A stretch of DNA of 64,000 nt from an uncultured candidate division Zixibacteria bacterium (lineage in GTDB: Bacteria; Zixibacteria; MSB-5A5; GN15; FEB-12): the NCBI GenBank assembly GCA_963735035.1, contig CAVTJJ010000003.1, positions 96,001-160,000 on the forward strand, in the 5' to 3' direction. This document shows, piece by piece, positions 38,071-48,487 of this stretch (position 1 is its first letter; every line of letters begins with the position of its first letter). Below the pieces are notes generated by a model. The model was not told where the DNA came from. It worked only from the letters and a program-made list of their open reading frames with translations, and made no database searches. A program made the position numbers and the translations under genes.

Positions 38071-38445
38071 TTAAGGAGCTATGGTACCATCCTGGTCGAT
38101 GGTGAACGTGGTCACGAGGTCAGCATCGGTACCATCCGGGGTCGCGGAAGCCGTGAAGGTGTTCGCGGCGGCAGCGTCGATGGCGTAGACGAACTTGGCG
38201 TTCGTCGGAATGTCGAAGCCGATCACCCCCAGGTCAGCCGAGTAGTTGCCGGTTTCCTGGCGAACAGTACGTTCCAGCGTGAAGATCTGCTTCAGAATGG
38301 TCTTGGCCTCAGACTCCTTGGCCTTGACGGTGGCAGCCATGAACCGCGGAATGGCCAGGGCGGCCAAGATACCGATGATCACGACAACGATCATCAACTC
38401 GATAAGGGTGAAACCCTTCTGACGGTTGTGGAATTTTTGAAACAT
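38071..38445 (-). CDS. pilA: Type IV pilin, probable major pilin
   Basis: KG|FTLIELMIVVVIIGILAALAIPRF; AAGGAGG RBS; own sigma54 promoter and terminator. Confidence 0.85.
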   Translation of the reverse strand: MFQKFHNRQKGFTLIELMIVVVIIGILAALAIPRFMAATVKAKESEAKTILKQIFTLERTVRQETGNYSADLGVIGFDIPTNAKFVYAIDAAAANTFTASATPDGTDADLVTTFTIDQDGTIAP

Positions 38446-38518
38446 TGTGCCTCCTTAAAGGTTGATCTAGTTCTTGCTTTCTTATTTCGGTCTCTTTGCC
38501 AATTCGCTGAAGTATTAG

Positions 38519-38533
38519 GCAATGATTATGCCC
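38519..38533 (-). promoter_or_regulatory. sigma54 (-24/-12) promoter of the pilin
   Basis: GGGCATAATCATTGC matches the GG-N10-GC spacing of TGGCAC-N5-TTGC. Confidence 0.75.
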
Positions 38534-38789
38534 TCTTGGCCGCCAAAAATTGCACATCCAACCTAGCTGATAAGTTCTTGATAGACAGCGACCCTGCGTC
38601 GATTCCGACTTGTCTCGGCCTGGCTGAGGCATCCTTGCCATTTCCAATCGGGATTCCGTCGGGCGAAATGCGACCATTTTTCGCAAAATGCAATGCTCGG
38701 AGGGTCTGAATAGCGGTTCGGAACCGATAACAAAACACCCCGGCCGGGCCGGGGTGTCAAAATCATATCGGGCCTTGGAGTTCATCGAC

Positions 38790-39215
38790 TTAGCTGGTGG
38801 CGTCGTTCGACGTGCAGACCATGTTGCCGTCGGAGTGAATGACCCAGGTGTCAATGGTGGCGTCCTCGTCAAGATTGGCGGTGGCGGTGGCCTCGAAGTC
38901 TACGCCGGCCAACTGAATAGTGTACTCGTAGCGGGCGTTGGCCGGGATCTCAACGTTTATGATCTGGAAGGGTAACCGGTTGGCTGAACTACCAGTCGCT
39001 CCGGATGAGAAATAACTGTGGGTCGGCGACGAGGCCCGATACAGCATCTGCATGGTGCATATCTGCTTAAGCAGCATCTTAGCTTCGCCCTGCTTGGCCT
39101 TGATGGCCGCCTGACCGTAGCGCGGGATCGCCAAAGCCGCCAGAAGGCCAATGATAACGACTACTATCATCAATTCAATCAACGTGAAGCCGCTCTGTAA
39201 CGACTTTCGATTCAT
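38790..39215 (-). CDS. Second type IV pilin
   Basis: SG|FTLIELMIVVVIIGLLAALAIPRY; NLDEDATIDTWVI C-terminal motif. Confidence 0.88.
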   Translation of the reverse strand: MNRKSLQSGFTLIELMIVVVIIGLLAALAIPRYGQAAIKAKQGEAKMLLKQICTMQMLYRASSPTHSYFSSGATGSSANRLPFQIINVEIPANARYEYTIQLAGVDFEATATANLDEDATIDTWVIHSDGNMVCTSNDATS

Positions 39216-39299
39216 AAACCACCTCTTCTCGAGGGACTTTGCGTCCGGTTTCCCCAGATCTACCGCAATCCGCGTTCCGTGACGCTGTTCAATATTTGA

Positions 39300-40703
39300 C
39301 TATCCGGCGCCGTCGTCCGAACTTCGACGCGGACCTTTCTTCTTCTCATCATCGACCAGATCGTACCGCTGTATTTTTCGGTAGAGGGTCGAGGTGTCAA
39401 TTCCGAGTATACGCGCCGCCTCCGCCTTCTTGCCTTCGGTTTGAGTCATAACGTAGTGGATGTAGGCTTTCTCGATCGATTCCAGTGTCGGATTCGCCGG
39501 CGCGGCTTCCTGCACCAGGTTAATTGACTGCGGCTGCGTAAGTTTCTCGGGGAAATCGGACGGCTCCAGCATATCGGTTCGGTTCAATAGAATGGCCCGT
39601 TCGATGATATTCTCCAGTTCGCGAACATTGCCCGGCCAGGCGTAACCACGCAACACATCCATGGAAGCGTCCGAGACTTTCCGAAGACGTTCCTTGGAAC
39701 GCTCGCAGAACTTCTTGACGAAAAACTCCACCAGCAGCGGCAGGTCATCCATCCGGTCTCGAAGCGGCGGTATCGTAATCGGAATAACATTTAGGCGATA
39801 GAACAAGTCGGCGCGGAACCGGTTGGCTTTCACGTCCTCTTCGAGATCGGCGTTGGTGGCGGCGATAAGACGGACATCGACATCAATCGGTTTGGTGTCA
39901 CCCACCGGAATGATCTTCTTGTCTTCGAGCACCCGCAAGAGCTTGACTTGTATGCTGAGCGACGTATTGCCGACCTCGTCGAGAAAGAACGTCCCGCCGC
40001 TGGCGACTTTGAAAAGCCCCTCTTTATCCCTGATCGCCCCCGTGAACGCGCCTTTCTTGTGACCGAACAGTTCGGTTTCGAGCAGTGTCTCGGGCAGCGC
40101 GGCGCAGTTGATCGTTACGAAGGGTCCGCCGCAGCGTGGCGACATGGAATGAATCCCCTTGGCGATCAGGTCTTTTCCGGTGCCCGACTCGCCGCGGATC
40201 ATAACGGTCGACTCAGACCCGGCAACTGTACGAGCCAGTTTCTTGACCTTGACGATAGACTCGGACTGGCCGATGAAATTTTCGAAGGAGTAATCGCCCT
40301 GAAGCTGTTTCTTCAGGCTGATGTTCTCCCCTATCAGCTTACGCCGGTTGATCGATTTCTCGATCACCAGCTTGATCTCGTCCACCTTGAACGGCTTGGT
40401 AATGTAATCGGCCGCCCCCTGTTTCATCGCCTCGATTGCCGTATCGACCGACGCGAACGCGGTCATGACGATGAATTCCTGCTCCGACTTGAAGGACCGT
40501 ACCTGCTTGAGGACATCGATACCGGTCATCTCCGGCATGTTCAGGTCGGCGATAATCAGGTCAAAGTTCTCGTCACGGACTTTGGCGACGCCGTCGCGGG
40601 GCGACGAGGTCACGTCGACCTCGTACCCTTCCTTGGACAGCATAATCTCCATGAAATTGCACATGGAGTCTTCGTCGTCGATTACGAGAATTCTGGCAGA
40701 CAT
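39300..40703 (-). CDS. pilR: sigma54-dependent response regulator (PilR/NtrC family)
   Basis: Receiver domain, GESGTGKD, GAFTGA, FRADLFYRL, Fis-type HTH; adjacent to pilins (symbol based on context). Confidence 0.8.
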   Translation of the reverse strand: MSARILVIDDEDSMCNFMEIMLSKEGYEVDVTSSPRDGVAKVRDENFDLIIADLNMPEMTGIDVLKQVRSFKSEQEFIVMTAFASVDTAIEAMKQGAADYITKPFKVDEIKLVIEKSINRRKLIGENISLKKQLQGDYSFENFIGQSESIVKVKKLARTVAGSESTVMIRGESGTGKDLIAKGIHSMSPRCGGPFVTINCAALPETLLETELFGHKKGAFTGAIRDKEGLFKVASGGTFFLDEVGNTSLSIQVKLLRVLEDKKIIPVGDTKPIDVDVRLIAATNADLEEDVKANRFRADLFYRLNVIPITIPPLRDRMDDLPLLVEFFVKKFCERSKERLRKVSDASMDVLRGYAWPGNVRELENIIERAILLNRTDMLEPSDFPEKLTQPQSINLVQEAAPANPTLESIEKAYIHYVMTQTEGKKAEAARILGIDTSTLYRKIQRYDLVDDEKKKGPRRSSDDGAG

Positions 40704-40911
40704 TATCAACTCCGAAAAAAGCCGGACCGGGGCGTATTTCCTCTTACAGTAAGGATTTTCGGCAGGCATCGAATCTCATTGACCCGGCCGGACGACTCTG
40801 ATCATTCTTTCAACAGGGCGTTTGACCGCCCATGAGAACCGCCGTATATTGGCTTGTCCCTACAGTTCATTGCGATGTGAAACAGAGCGGCTGGAAAGCG
40901 CAGGGCACTGA

Positions 40912-41919
40912 TTGAAGAAAGATCGATACTCTCACCGCGAACGACTGCAGATGATTCTCGCGGGCGAAAGGCCGGACCGCTACGCCGCTTCATTCTGGAG
41001 GCATTTTTTCCATCGCGAGCATTTCGCCGAGGGCACCGCCGAAGCGATGCTTCAATTCCAAAAGGAATTCGACTGGGACTTCATGAAGATCAATCCCCGG
41101 GCGGACTATCATATAGAAGGCTGGGGACTGAAACAGGAATGGTCCCACGACGAATTCAAGAAACACCGCAAGAGCAATTTCCCGATAACGAAGCCCGAAG
41201 ATTGGATCAAGATCAAACCATTACCGATGTCGTCGCCGGCCCTGGCGGAACATCTGAAAGTAGTGTCGTTGATACGCCGGGGATCGGATCGGGAGCTGCC
41301 TGTCCTGATGACCATCTTCACGCCTTTGGCTATAGCCGGGCGTATGGTGGAGAATCACAAGACCCTGATCGAGCACATACACAAAGTCCCCGAACTGGTA
41401 CACTCCGGACTGAGAGCGATCACGGACACCTTCGCGAGATTCGCCTCCGAGGTTCGCAACGCCGGAGCCGACGGGATATTCTTCGCCACGACCCAGTGGG
41501 CTAGCAGCGATACGATTACCTGGGAAGAGTATAATCTGTTCGGAATCCCGTACGATTTGGAGATTATCAAAGCGGCTGAGCGGGATTCATTCAATTTGCT
41601 GCACGTCTGTAGCTCCAATTGCTACTTGAAGGAATTGTCAGAATTGGACTATAACGCCGGGCTGGTTAACTGGGAAGCCTGCGATCCGACAAACTTGCCT
41701 CTCGACAAAGCTGAGTCTGTCTTGAAGAACAAAGTCATGGTGGGCGGAGTCGATCACAACGGCTGGCTCTTGCGGGGCGAACCGGGCGAAATCGCCTATA
41801 AGATAGATGAGCTGAAAGAACGCTTTGAGCCCACCCGGCTGATTATCGCCCCCGGTTGTTCGATTCCCCCCGAAGTTCCGTTTGAGAATCTGCACGCTGT
41901 CAGAGAGAGGTTGTCATGA
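40912..41919 (+). CDS. Uroporphyrinogen decarboxylase-family protein
   Basis: ERL....G...DR, FWRHF, AGADGIF, LHVC, GGVD, APGCSIP. Confidence 0.8.
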   Translation: MKKDRYSHRERLQMILAGERPDRYAASFWRHFFHREHFAEGTAEAMLQFQKEFDWDFMKINPRADYHIEGWGLKQEWSHDEFKKHRKSNFPITKPEDWIKIKPLPMSSPALAEHLKVVSLIRRGSDRELPVLMTIFTPLAIAGRMVENHKTLIEHIHKVPELVHSGLRAITDTFARFASEVRNAGADGIFFATTQWASSDTITWEEYNLFGIPYDLEIIKAAERDSFNLLHVCSSNCYLKELSELDYNAGLVNWEACDPTNLPLDKAESVLKNKVMVGGVDHNGWLLRGEPGEIAYKIDELKERFEPTRLIIAPGCSIPPEVPFENLHAVRERLS

Positions 41920-42380
41920 ATTTGAAACGTCAGCAATTGGTATACGCCGTCAAGATTTCGATTGCGAGTCTGAAGAGCAAAGATGAAGTGCTGAAAAAGA
42001 CGGTTGATCTGATTGATTCTTTTTCGCCCGATTTCAACTGGACGGGAATCTATATGCTCAAGGGAAATGTCCTCGAAGTCGGGCCTTACGTTGGACCGGT
42101 CACCGAGCATACCCGGATCGAGCTCAACAAAGGTATTTGCGGCGCGGCGGCCTCGCAGAAGAAGAGCATCATCGTTGACGACGTCAACGCCGATCCGAGG
42201 TTTCTTGCTTGCTCGCTAACTACCCGCTCAGAGATTGTCGTGCCGTTGCTGGACGAGCACAACTGCCTCGGTGAGATCGACATAGATTCTGACAAACCGA
42301 AGTATTTCACCGACGAGGACCGGCAGATGCTGGAAGAAATCGCGGCGGTGGTGGTAGAGCGGCTTCGACAGGTTGGATAG
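41916..42380 (+). CDS. msrC: GAF-domain protein, free methionine-R-sulfoxide reductase-like
   Basis: NWTGIY, GPYVG, GICG, VDDV, ACS, SEIVVP, DIDS. Confidence 0.75.
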   Translation: MNLKRQQLVYAVKISIASLKSKDEVLKKTVDLIDSFSPDFNWTGIYMLKGNVLEVGPYVGPVTEHTRIELNKGICGAAASQKKSIIVDDVNADPRFLACSLTTRSEIVVPLLDEHNCLGEIDIDSDKPKYFTDEDRQMLEEIAAVVVERLRQVG

Positions 42381-42492
42381 TTCCCGCGAGCTCAACTGCC
42401 GATTCTTACAATCCCCTCTGCAACCTTTTTGTTGTCTCGGCGGTCTGTGTGGATATTACTTTGTCCGCTTGTAACGAAAGGAGAATGCGGCA

Positions 42493-42648
42493 ATGTTCAC
42501 TGGAGTCCTCCTGCTGATATTCGGTATCCTGATGGTGCTAGAACGAATGGACATCATTCACGGCTCCGTCTGGGGCTACCTGGTCCCGGCCGCCCTGATC
42601 GCCCTCGGCATCGACTTCATCTTGAAGAGATCACGCCACAATAGATAA
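42493..42648 (+). CDS. Small two-TM protein (51 aa, LiaF/DUF5668-like), missed by the ORF track
   Basis: AAAGGAG RBS; MFTGVLLLIFGILMVLERMDIIHGSVWGYLVPAALIALGIDFILKRSRHNR; stop 1 nt before the next ATG. Confidence 0.75.
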   Translation: MFTGVLLLIFGILMVLERMDIIHGSVWGYLVPAALIALGIDFILKRSRHNR

Positions 42649-42649
42649 G

Positions 42650-42982
42650 ATGTCCTCCGAGAAATTCCATTTCGATGTCACCGGCGAAGGCCTGACCGTC
42701 TTTTTGGGACCGTCGGAAGCCCGCCTGATGGAGCTGGCCTGGGCGGTACCGCGTTTGACGGTCAAGAGCGCCCTGATACATCTCGGCGACACCGGCGGCA
42801 CGGCCTACACCACGGTTTCGACACTGCTGAATCGCCTGACAGACAAGAGACTCCTGACCCGGCACAAGGACGGGCGAAATTTTGTCTACGAGGCCGCGAT
42901 CGGGCGGGAAGAATTCCTTCGTAGCCGACTGGATAGCGTGCTCAATTGCCTCAAGCGAAATTTCGGCGCCCAGGGTTCCTGA
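42650..42982 (+). CDS. BlaI/MecI/CopY family transcriptional regulator
   Basis: LGPSEARLMELAW, AYTTVSTLLNRL..K..L.R...GR...Y. Confidence 0.9.
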   Translation: MSSEKFHFDVTGEGLTVFLGPSEARLMELAWAVPRLTVKSALIHLGDTGGTAYTTVSTLLNRLTDKRLLTRHKDGRNFVYEAAIGREEFLRSRLDSVLNCLKRNFGAQGS

Positions 42983-43023
42983 CGTGGCTAACTGCACCTG
43001 CCTTTTGATCCGATGAACTAACT

Positions 43024-43695
43024 ATGTCACTGAAACTGGCTCTGGCGGCGCTTCTTCTGGGGATGGCCACAACCGTGGCCGCAAACCAGTTCGTGCGCGT
43101 GGCGGGCAAGGTCGAAGTTCCCGTGCCGGACGGCTGGCATCTGGCCACCGATACTACCGCGTTTCCGGTCCAACTGGTTCACCGGAGTGACTCCGCCGAG
43201 ATACTGATTTTTCGGTCCGACATCGGTCAGGACGATATGATTTCCGACGAACATGATTTGAAGAAATCGGTCGATCTGGTCATCAACGAAGTAATCAAGA
43301 CGCTTCCCGACGGCCGCCTCAGGGTGTCAAGCGGTTTCTATGACGAGTATCGCACCGGGTTTACGCTGGAATTCGCGTCGATTGACAGTGTCAGCGGCGT
43401 ACCGCTTGAGCACAGCATTCGAGGAATTATCTACCGTCTGCCGGATAAACGTCAGGTGATGTTCACGGTCTGGGGGAAGGCGGCGGCCACCTCCTGGCCG
43501 GGCGTTCGGGAGGCGGTTAAGGTCGTGCAGGATGAATTCGCCTTCCGCGGGCAGTACGAGCGGGAAGTTTTTGGCGGAAAGAAGTTCGCCTACTGGCCGG
43601 TGATACTGGTGGGAGTCGGGTTGATCGGGCTCTTCTTGCTACGCCCCAAACGAAGAAAGGCGGCCGTGCAACCACCGCCTGCTAATCCATTATAG
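43024..43695 (+). CDS. Exported hypothetical protein with C-terminal membrane anchor
   Basis: Signal peptide, C-terminal TM helix followed by basic RPKRRK. Confidence 0.7.
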   Translation: MSLKLALAALLLGMATTVAANQFVRVAGKVEVPVPDGWHLATDTTAFPVQLVHRSDSAEILIFRSDIGQDDMISDEHDLKKSVDLVINEVIKTLPDGRLRVSSGFYDEYRTGFTLEFASIDSVSGVPLEHSIRGIIYRLPDKRQVMFTVWGKAAATSWPGVREAVKVVQDEFAFRGQYEREVFGGKKFAYWPVILVGVGLIGLFLLRPKRRKAAVQPPPANPL

Positions 43696-43714
43696 TAGAG
43701 TAGGACTCTGGACC

Positions 43715-43893
43715 TGTCATCGCTGGGCGCGCTATACATGGCGCAGTCATCGCGAGGCCGCCCTTGGCGGCCGTGGCGATCTCATCTCCCCGGGCGGCAG
43801 GTCACACGCCCCGAGGCGGGGCGCAAGACCTGCCGCAACGCCATTACTAGAGTGCCCGGTCCGCCGCGGCGGGCCATCTCCGCTCGCAATGAC
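43715..43893. repeat. Mosaic cluster of REP-like palindromes
   Basis: GTCATCGCGAG...GCGATCTC, GCGGCAGGTC...GACCTGCCGC and AGTGCCCGGTCCGCCGCGGCGG units. Confidence 0.75.
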
Positions 43894-43912
43894 TTGGAAT
43901 GTGACTTCTTCC

Positions 43913-44332
43913 TCACCGCTCTTCCAGCTCTATCAAAACTCCGTGAGTATCCGAGGGGTGGACGAAAGCAATGCGGTGCCCTTCGGCGCCAAGCCTGGGT
44001 GTTTCGTCGATCAGGCGAACCCCTGCCGCTTTCATCTCAGCCAGCTTTGATTCGATGTCATCCACGTACAGGCAGATATGATGCAGTCCTTCACCCCGTT
44101 TAGCTATGAAGCGCGCGATGGGGCTGTCGTCGGAGGTTGCCTGAAGAAGTTCAATCCGGCCACCCGGCACGGTTTTCGACTCGGGTGAATCAAAGATGGC
44201 GACGCGAACTTTTTGATCCGCGACTTCCGTAAGAGAGCCCGGCTTGACACCGAGCAAAGTCTGATAGAATGAAACGGCGGCGGCGAGATCAGAAACCGCA
44301 ATACCTATATGTGAGACTGACGGCCGCGCCAT
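43913..44332 (-). CDS. mce: Methylmalonyl-CoA epimerase
   Basis: HIGIAV, IELL, GEGLHHI, FVHP....GVLIEL. Confidence 0.93.
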   Translation of the reverse strand: MARPSVSHIGIAVSDLAAAVSFYQTLLGVKPGSLTEVADQKVRVAIFDSPESKTVPGGRIELLQATSDDSPIARFIAKRGEGLHHICLYVDDIESKLAEMKAAGVRLIDETPRLGAEGHRIAFVHPSDTHGVLIELEER

Positions 44333-44338
44333 GTTCGC

Positions 44339-44860
44339 CTACCACTTTTCTTTTTCTTCGGCGGCGGCGGCGGAATCCGCCTTGCGGCGGCGTTCCTCGA
44401 AATCACGCTGCTGTTTCAGCGTGCTCATCGTCGGTCGAATCCAGTGCCCCCGATGATAGTACATGGTCCATTCCTGAGGCAGATGAGTCGTATCATTCGT
44501 CGGACCGACAAAGACCACGTCGACCGAAACGTGAGCGGAATCGCGATCGAAGAATTTGACATCCTTCACTACGAACGCATTCACCGTGTCGGCTTCCATC
44601 TTCTTGACCTTGGGGATTTCCAGATACTTGTCGTACGTATATTCGATCTGGGCGTATTCGAACTCCTGCTCGTACAACATTACTTTATCGCCGTAATGCC
44701 AGCGAATGGCGGTCTCGGTGATCGTGGAATCGATCTGGCGACGGTCTTCGTCATAATTCTGAATTCCGCCCTTACTTGCGCTCTTGTCGGACGAGCATCC
44801 CCATGCGAGAGCGACCAGCACCACGAGAATTGCAAAGGCATACGATCTACTTATTGTCAT
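44339..44860 (-). CDS. Hypothetical lipoprotein
   Basis: Lipobox-like LAWGC after a hydrophobic segment; overlaps the mutase stop. Confidence 0.7.
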   Translation of the reverse strand: MTISRSYAFAILVVLVALAWGCSSDKSASKGGIQNYDEDRRQIDSTITETAIRWHYGDKVMLYEQEFEYAQIEYTYDKYLEIPKVKKMEADTVNAFVVKDVKFFDRDSAHVSVDVVFVGPTNDTTHLPQEWTMYYHRGHWIRPTMSTLKQQRDFEERRRKADSAAAAEEKEKW

Positions 44861-46421
44861 GATATTCACCCCAGACTTTTCGAAAGACATCAGAAATTTC
44901 GCCCACTGTCGCGTAGGCCTCGACTGCTTCGAGCACCGGCGGCACCAGGTTGTCATCGCCTTCGGCAGCCGCCTGTACCCGCTTCAGGGATTCACGGACC
45001 TTAGCCGCGTCGCGCTTGTCTCTTAGAGCCTTCAAACGTTGGACCTGTCGACCCTCAAGTTCGGGATCGACTTTGAGCACCGACGGCACTTCAGGCTGAG
45101 AGGACTTGAACTTGTTGACTCCGACCACGATTGTTTCTTCTCGTTCCACGCTTCGTTGATATTCATACGCCGAACGCCCGATAGCGTTCCGATAATAACC
45201 GCTTTCGATGCACTGGATCGAACCACCCTGACGTTCGATTTCAGCCATTTCCGTCTTGATTTTTGTCTCCAGTTGTTCGCCGAGATACTCGACCAGGACC
45301 GACCCGGCAAGCGGATCGGCGCTATTGGTGACACCCGATTCGTGCGCCAGGATTTGTTGGGTCCGGAGCGCTATCTCGACGGCCTTTTCGGTCGGCAGCG
45401 CCAGGGCTTCGTCAAACGAATTGGTATGGAGTGACTGCGTCCCACCAAGAACCGCGGCGAGCGCCTGCATGGTAGTGCGAATAATGTTGTTTTCGGGCTG
45501 CTGGGCAGTCAGGGTCGATCCGCCCGTCTGAGTGTGAAAGCGAAGCAACAGCGAACGCTCGTCCCTGGCTCCGAATTGGTCTTTCATGATTCCTGCCCAT
45601 AGACGACGTGCCGTACGGAACTTGGCAACTTCCTCGAACAAATCATTGTGAGCGGCGAAGAAGAACGACAAGCGGGGCGCGAATTCGTCCACCGGAAGAC
45701 CGGCGTCGAGCGCCGCCTGCACATACGCGATCGCGTTGGACAGCGTGAACGCCACTTCCTGCACCGCGGTGGCGCCCGCCTCGCGGATATGATAACCAGA
45801 GATGGAAATCGTGTTGTATTTCGGCAGATGTGGTTTGGCGTAGGCGAAGATATCGGTCACGATCCGCATCGACGGTCGCGGCGGAAGTATGTAGGTCCCC
45901 CGCGCAATGAATTCCTTCAGTATGTCGTTCTGGATCGTTCCTGAAAGCTGCTCCGGAGCGACACCCTGCTTGCGGCCAACCGCGATGTACATGGCCAATA
46001 GAATGACCGCCGTGGAGTTGATCGTCATAGATGTGGACACTTTGTCCAGCGGAATGCCGACAAAGAGACGTTCCATGTCTTCGAGCGAATCAATGGCCAC
46101 GCCGGTGCGGCCAACTTCTCCGCGTGCCAACGGATGATCAGAGTCATACCCTATTTGGGTCGCCAGGTCGAAAGCGACTGACAGTCCGGTCTGCCCTTTT
46201 TCGAGCAGGTAGCGGAAGCGACGGTTGGTTTCCTCAGCGGTACCAAAGCCGGCATATTGCCGCATCGTCCATGGACGGGTCCGGTACATGTCGGGATAAA
46301 CGCCGCGCGTAAACGGGTACTCGCCGGGTCTTTCGGAATGGTTGACCGGGGCGATGTCGGCCGAAGTCAAAACCGGCGGAATCTCTATTCCCGAAGTGGT
46401 AAAGCGCTTACGTTCGGTCAT
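44847..46421 (-). CDS. Methylmalonyl-CoA mutase, substrate-binding large subunit
   Basis: WTMRQYAG (Tyr) and [11 protein letters not shown] (Arg) MCM determinants; no B12-binding domain. Confidence 0.9.
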   Translation of the reverse strand: MTERKRFTTSGIEIPPVLTSADIAPVNHSERPGEYPFTRGVYPDMYRTRPWTMRQYAGFGTAEETNRRFRYLLEKGQTGLSVAFDLATQIGYDSDHPLARGEVGRTGVAIDSLEDMERLFVGIPLDKVSTSMTINSTAVILLAMYIAVGRKQGVAPEQLSGTIQNDILKEFIARGTYILPPRPSMRIVTDIFAYAKPHLPKYNTISISGYHIREAGATAVQEVAFTLSNAIAYVQAALDAGLPVDEFAPRLSFFFAAHNDLFEEVAKFRTARRLWAGIMKDQFGARDERSLLLRFHTQTGGSTLTAQQPENNIIRTTMQALAAVLGGTQSLHTNSFDEALALPTEKAVEIALRTQQILAHESGVTNSADPLAGSVLVEYLGEQLETKIKTEMAEIERQGGSIQCIESGYYRNAIGRSAYEYQRSVEREETIVVGVNKFKSSQPEVPSVLKVDPELEGRQVQRLKALRDKRDAAKVRESLKRVQAAAEGDDNLVPPVLEAVEAYATVGEISDVFRKVWGEYHDNK

Positions 46422-46940
46422 CTATTCGAACTCCAGAAGGGTCATCCCCTTCTCTACCGACTGACCTATTTGCGCGGACATCGACTTGATCCTGCCGGGG
46501 CTCTTGGCCTTGAGGACGTTTTCCATTTTCATAGCTTCGATCACGACGAGCGGCTCGCCCGCCTTGACTTCCTGTCCCGCTTCAACCCGGATTTGCACAA
46601 CCAGACCCGGCATGGGCGCTTTGAAGCGTGTCTCCGCCTGGACCGCGGCACCTATTCCGGCCGCCTTGCGCATTTGAGCCAGAGCAAAATCCTCGATCAC
46701 CAGCGGAATGTCCCGCCCGCGCGTGAAAACCATCCGTTCGCCTACCACCGCGCCACCATTGCTGCGAACATCCGCCTCGAAACAGACGTTGTCGATCAGA
46801 AGCAGCCAGCGGTTATCGCGAAGCTTGTGCACGACCACTTTGCGGGATCTACCGTTGACGGTTACATCCAGATGGTCGGACATATAGTCGAGGCTGATGT
46901 CATACTCCCGATCGTGAACCGTGACCGTGTAGCGCGCCAT
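46422..46940 (-). CDS. Biotin carboxyl carrier protein
   Basis: APMPG...EAMKMEN. Confidence 0.93.
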   Translation of the reverse strand: MARYTVTVHDREYDISLDYMSDHLDVTVNGRSRKVVVHKLRDNRWLLLIDNVCFEADVRSNGGAVVGERMVFTRGRDIPLVIEDFALAQMRKAAGIGAAVQAETRFKAPMPGLVVQIRVEAGQEVKAGEPLVVIEAMKMENVLKAKSPGRIKSMSAQIGQSVEKGMTLLEFE

Positions 46941-48469
46941 CAGCGTGAACCTCCGAATTTGCGCAGGCCCGATTCGCGATGGAACCTGATCCAGCCGGGA
47001 TTGTTGTCCGACGGACCTGCGTCCGCCGGCGAGACTCGTCGCTCTGTCAGAAGCTTTTCCACGGCCGCGGCGATGGCAGCCCCTTCTATAATGAGATCAT
47101 CGTGGGTGCTGTAATCATTGTCGGGATATTCTTCCGCCAGAAACTTAGTAGAGAAATCCCCTTTGATGAATCGCTCGTTCTGAATGATGCTCTGATGCGA
47201 GCTGAGGGTCGTCTTGACGCCGGACACGCGGTATTCTTCGAGAGCCCGCCGCATGCGTGACAGCGCCTCGGACCGATCGCGCCCCCAGGTGAGAAGCTTG
47301 GCGATCATCGGATCATAGTAGATTGGAATTTCTGAATGAACCAGGACGCCGGAATCGACCCGCACACCCGGTCCGGCCGGAGTACGATAATTGTTCAGCT
47401 TGCCCGTGCTTGGCAGGAAACCGGAATCAGGGTCTTCGGCATAGATGCGGCATTCGATGGCGTGACCGCGGAGAGTTATATCTTCCTGCTTCAGGCGGAG
47501 CGGCTGGCCTTCAGCGATGGCGAATTGCTCCTGCACGAGGTCGATTCCGGTGACCATCTCGGTCACGGGATGTTCCACCTGAAGGCGGGTATTGACTTCG
47601 AGGAAATAGAACGACAGGTCCTGATCGACCAGAAATTCGACCGTCCCGGCGCCGACATACACCGAAGCGCGGGCGATACCGAGCGCCGCCTCACCCATCT
47701 TTTCGCGCAACTCGGGGGTCATCACTACCGATGGCGATTCTTCGATTACTTTCTGATGGCGCCGCTGGATGGAACATTCGCGCTCGCCCAGATGAATGCA
47801 GTTGCCGTGTTGATCGCAGAGGATTTGTATTTCAATGTGTCGCGGCGCGGGCAGATATTTCTCTAGAAAGACGCGACCATCACCGAACGCCGAAGTCGCC
47901 TCGCGACTGGCTGAAGCGAGCGCTTCTTTGAACGCTTCGCCGGACTCGACCACGCGCATCCCCTTACCGCCGCCACCGGCCGCCGCCTTAACGAGAATAG
48001 GATATCCGGCCTGCGCACCGAAAAGCTGAGCGGTGCTGAAATCTTCAGCGCCGATAGCGGTCCCCGGCACTACCGGCAAACCGGCTTTGAGAGCCATAGC
48101 TCGAGCGGCAAGTTTATCGCCGAGAAGTTTGATCGTTTCGGGCTTGGGGCCGATGAAGATAATCCCTTCGTCGATACAACGCTGGGCGAATTCGGCGTTT
48201 TCGGCGAGAAAGCCATACCCCGGATGGATCGCATCTGCGCCGGATTGCTTTGCCACAGCGATGATATTGTCGATGACAAGATAGCTTTGGTTCGCCGGTG
48301 ACGGACCGATATGATACGCCTCGTCGGCCACACGCACATGATAGGCGGTCTGATCGCAATCCGAGAAGACGGCGACCGAAGTAATGCCGCTCTCCTGACA
48401 GGCGCGAATCACCCGAATAGCAATTTCGCCTCGGTTGGCGATCAGAATTTTCTTGATCGGCGTGGGCAT
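46940..48469 (-). CDS. accC: Biotin carboxylase subunit of an acyl-CoA carboxylase
   Basis: IANRGEIA, HPGYGFLAEN, GGGGKGMR, RECSIQRRHQK, EVNTRLQVEH. Confidence 0.93.
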   Translation of the reverse strand: MPTPIKKILIANRGEIAIRVIRACQESGITSVAVFSDCDQTAYHVRVADEAYHIGPSPANQSYLVIDNIIAVAKQSGADAIHPGYGFLAENAEFAQRCIDEGIIFIGPKPETIKLLGDKLAARAMALKAGLPVVPGTAIGAEDFSTAQLFGAQAGYPILVKAAAGGGGKGMRVVESGEAFKEALASASREATSAFGDGRVFLEKYLPAPRHIEIQILCDQHGNCIHLGERECSIQRRHQKVIEESPSVVMTPELREKMGEAALGIARASVYVGAGTVEFLVDQDLSFYFLEVNTRLQVEHPVTEMVTGIDLVQEQFAIAEGQPLRLKQEDITLRGHAIECRIYAEDPDSGFLPSTGKLNNYRTPAGPGVRVDSGVLVHSEIPIYYDPMIAKLLTWGRDRSEALSRMRRALEEYRVSGVKTTLSSHQSIIQNERFIKGDFSTKFLAEEYPDNDYSTHDDLIIEGAAIAAAVEKLLTERRVSPADAGPSDNNPGWIRFHRESGLRKFGGSR

Positions 48470-48487
48470 GATTCTTCGACCCAATTC

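Noticed and set aside
38071..38445. Electrically conductive e-pilin
   Set aside because: Hand count gives 9 aromatics in 113 mature residues (about 8%) and the Geobacter-type aromatics at positions 27, 32 and 50/51 are absent.
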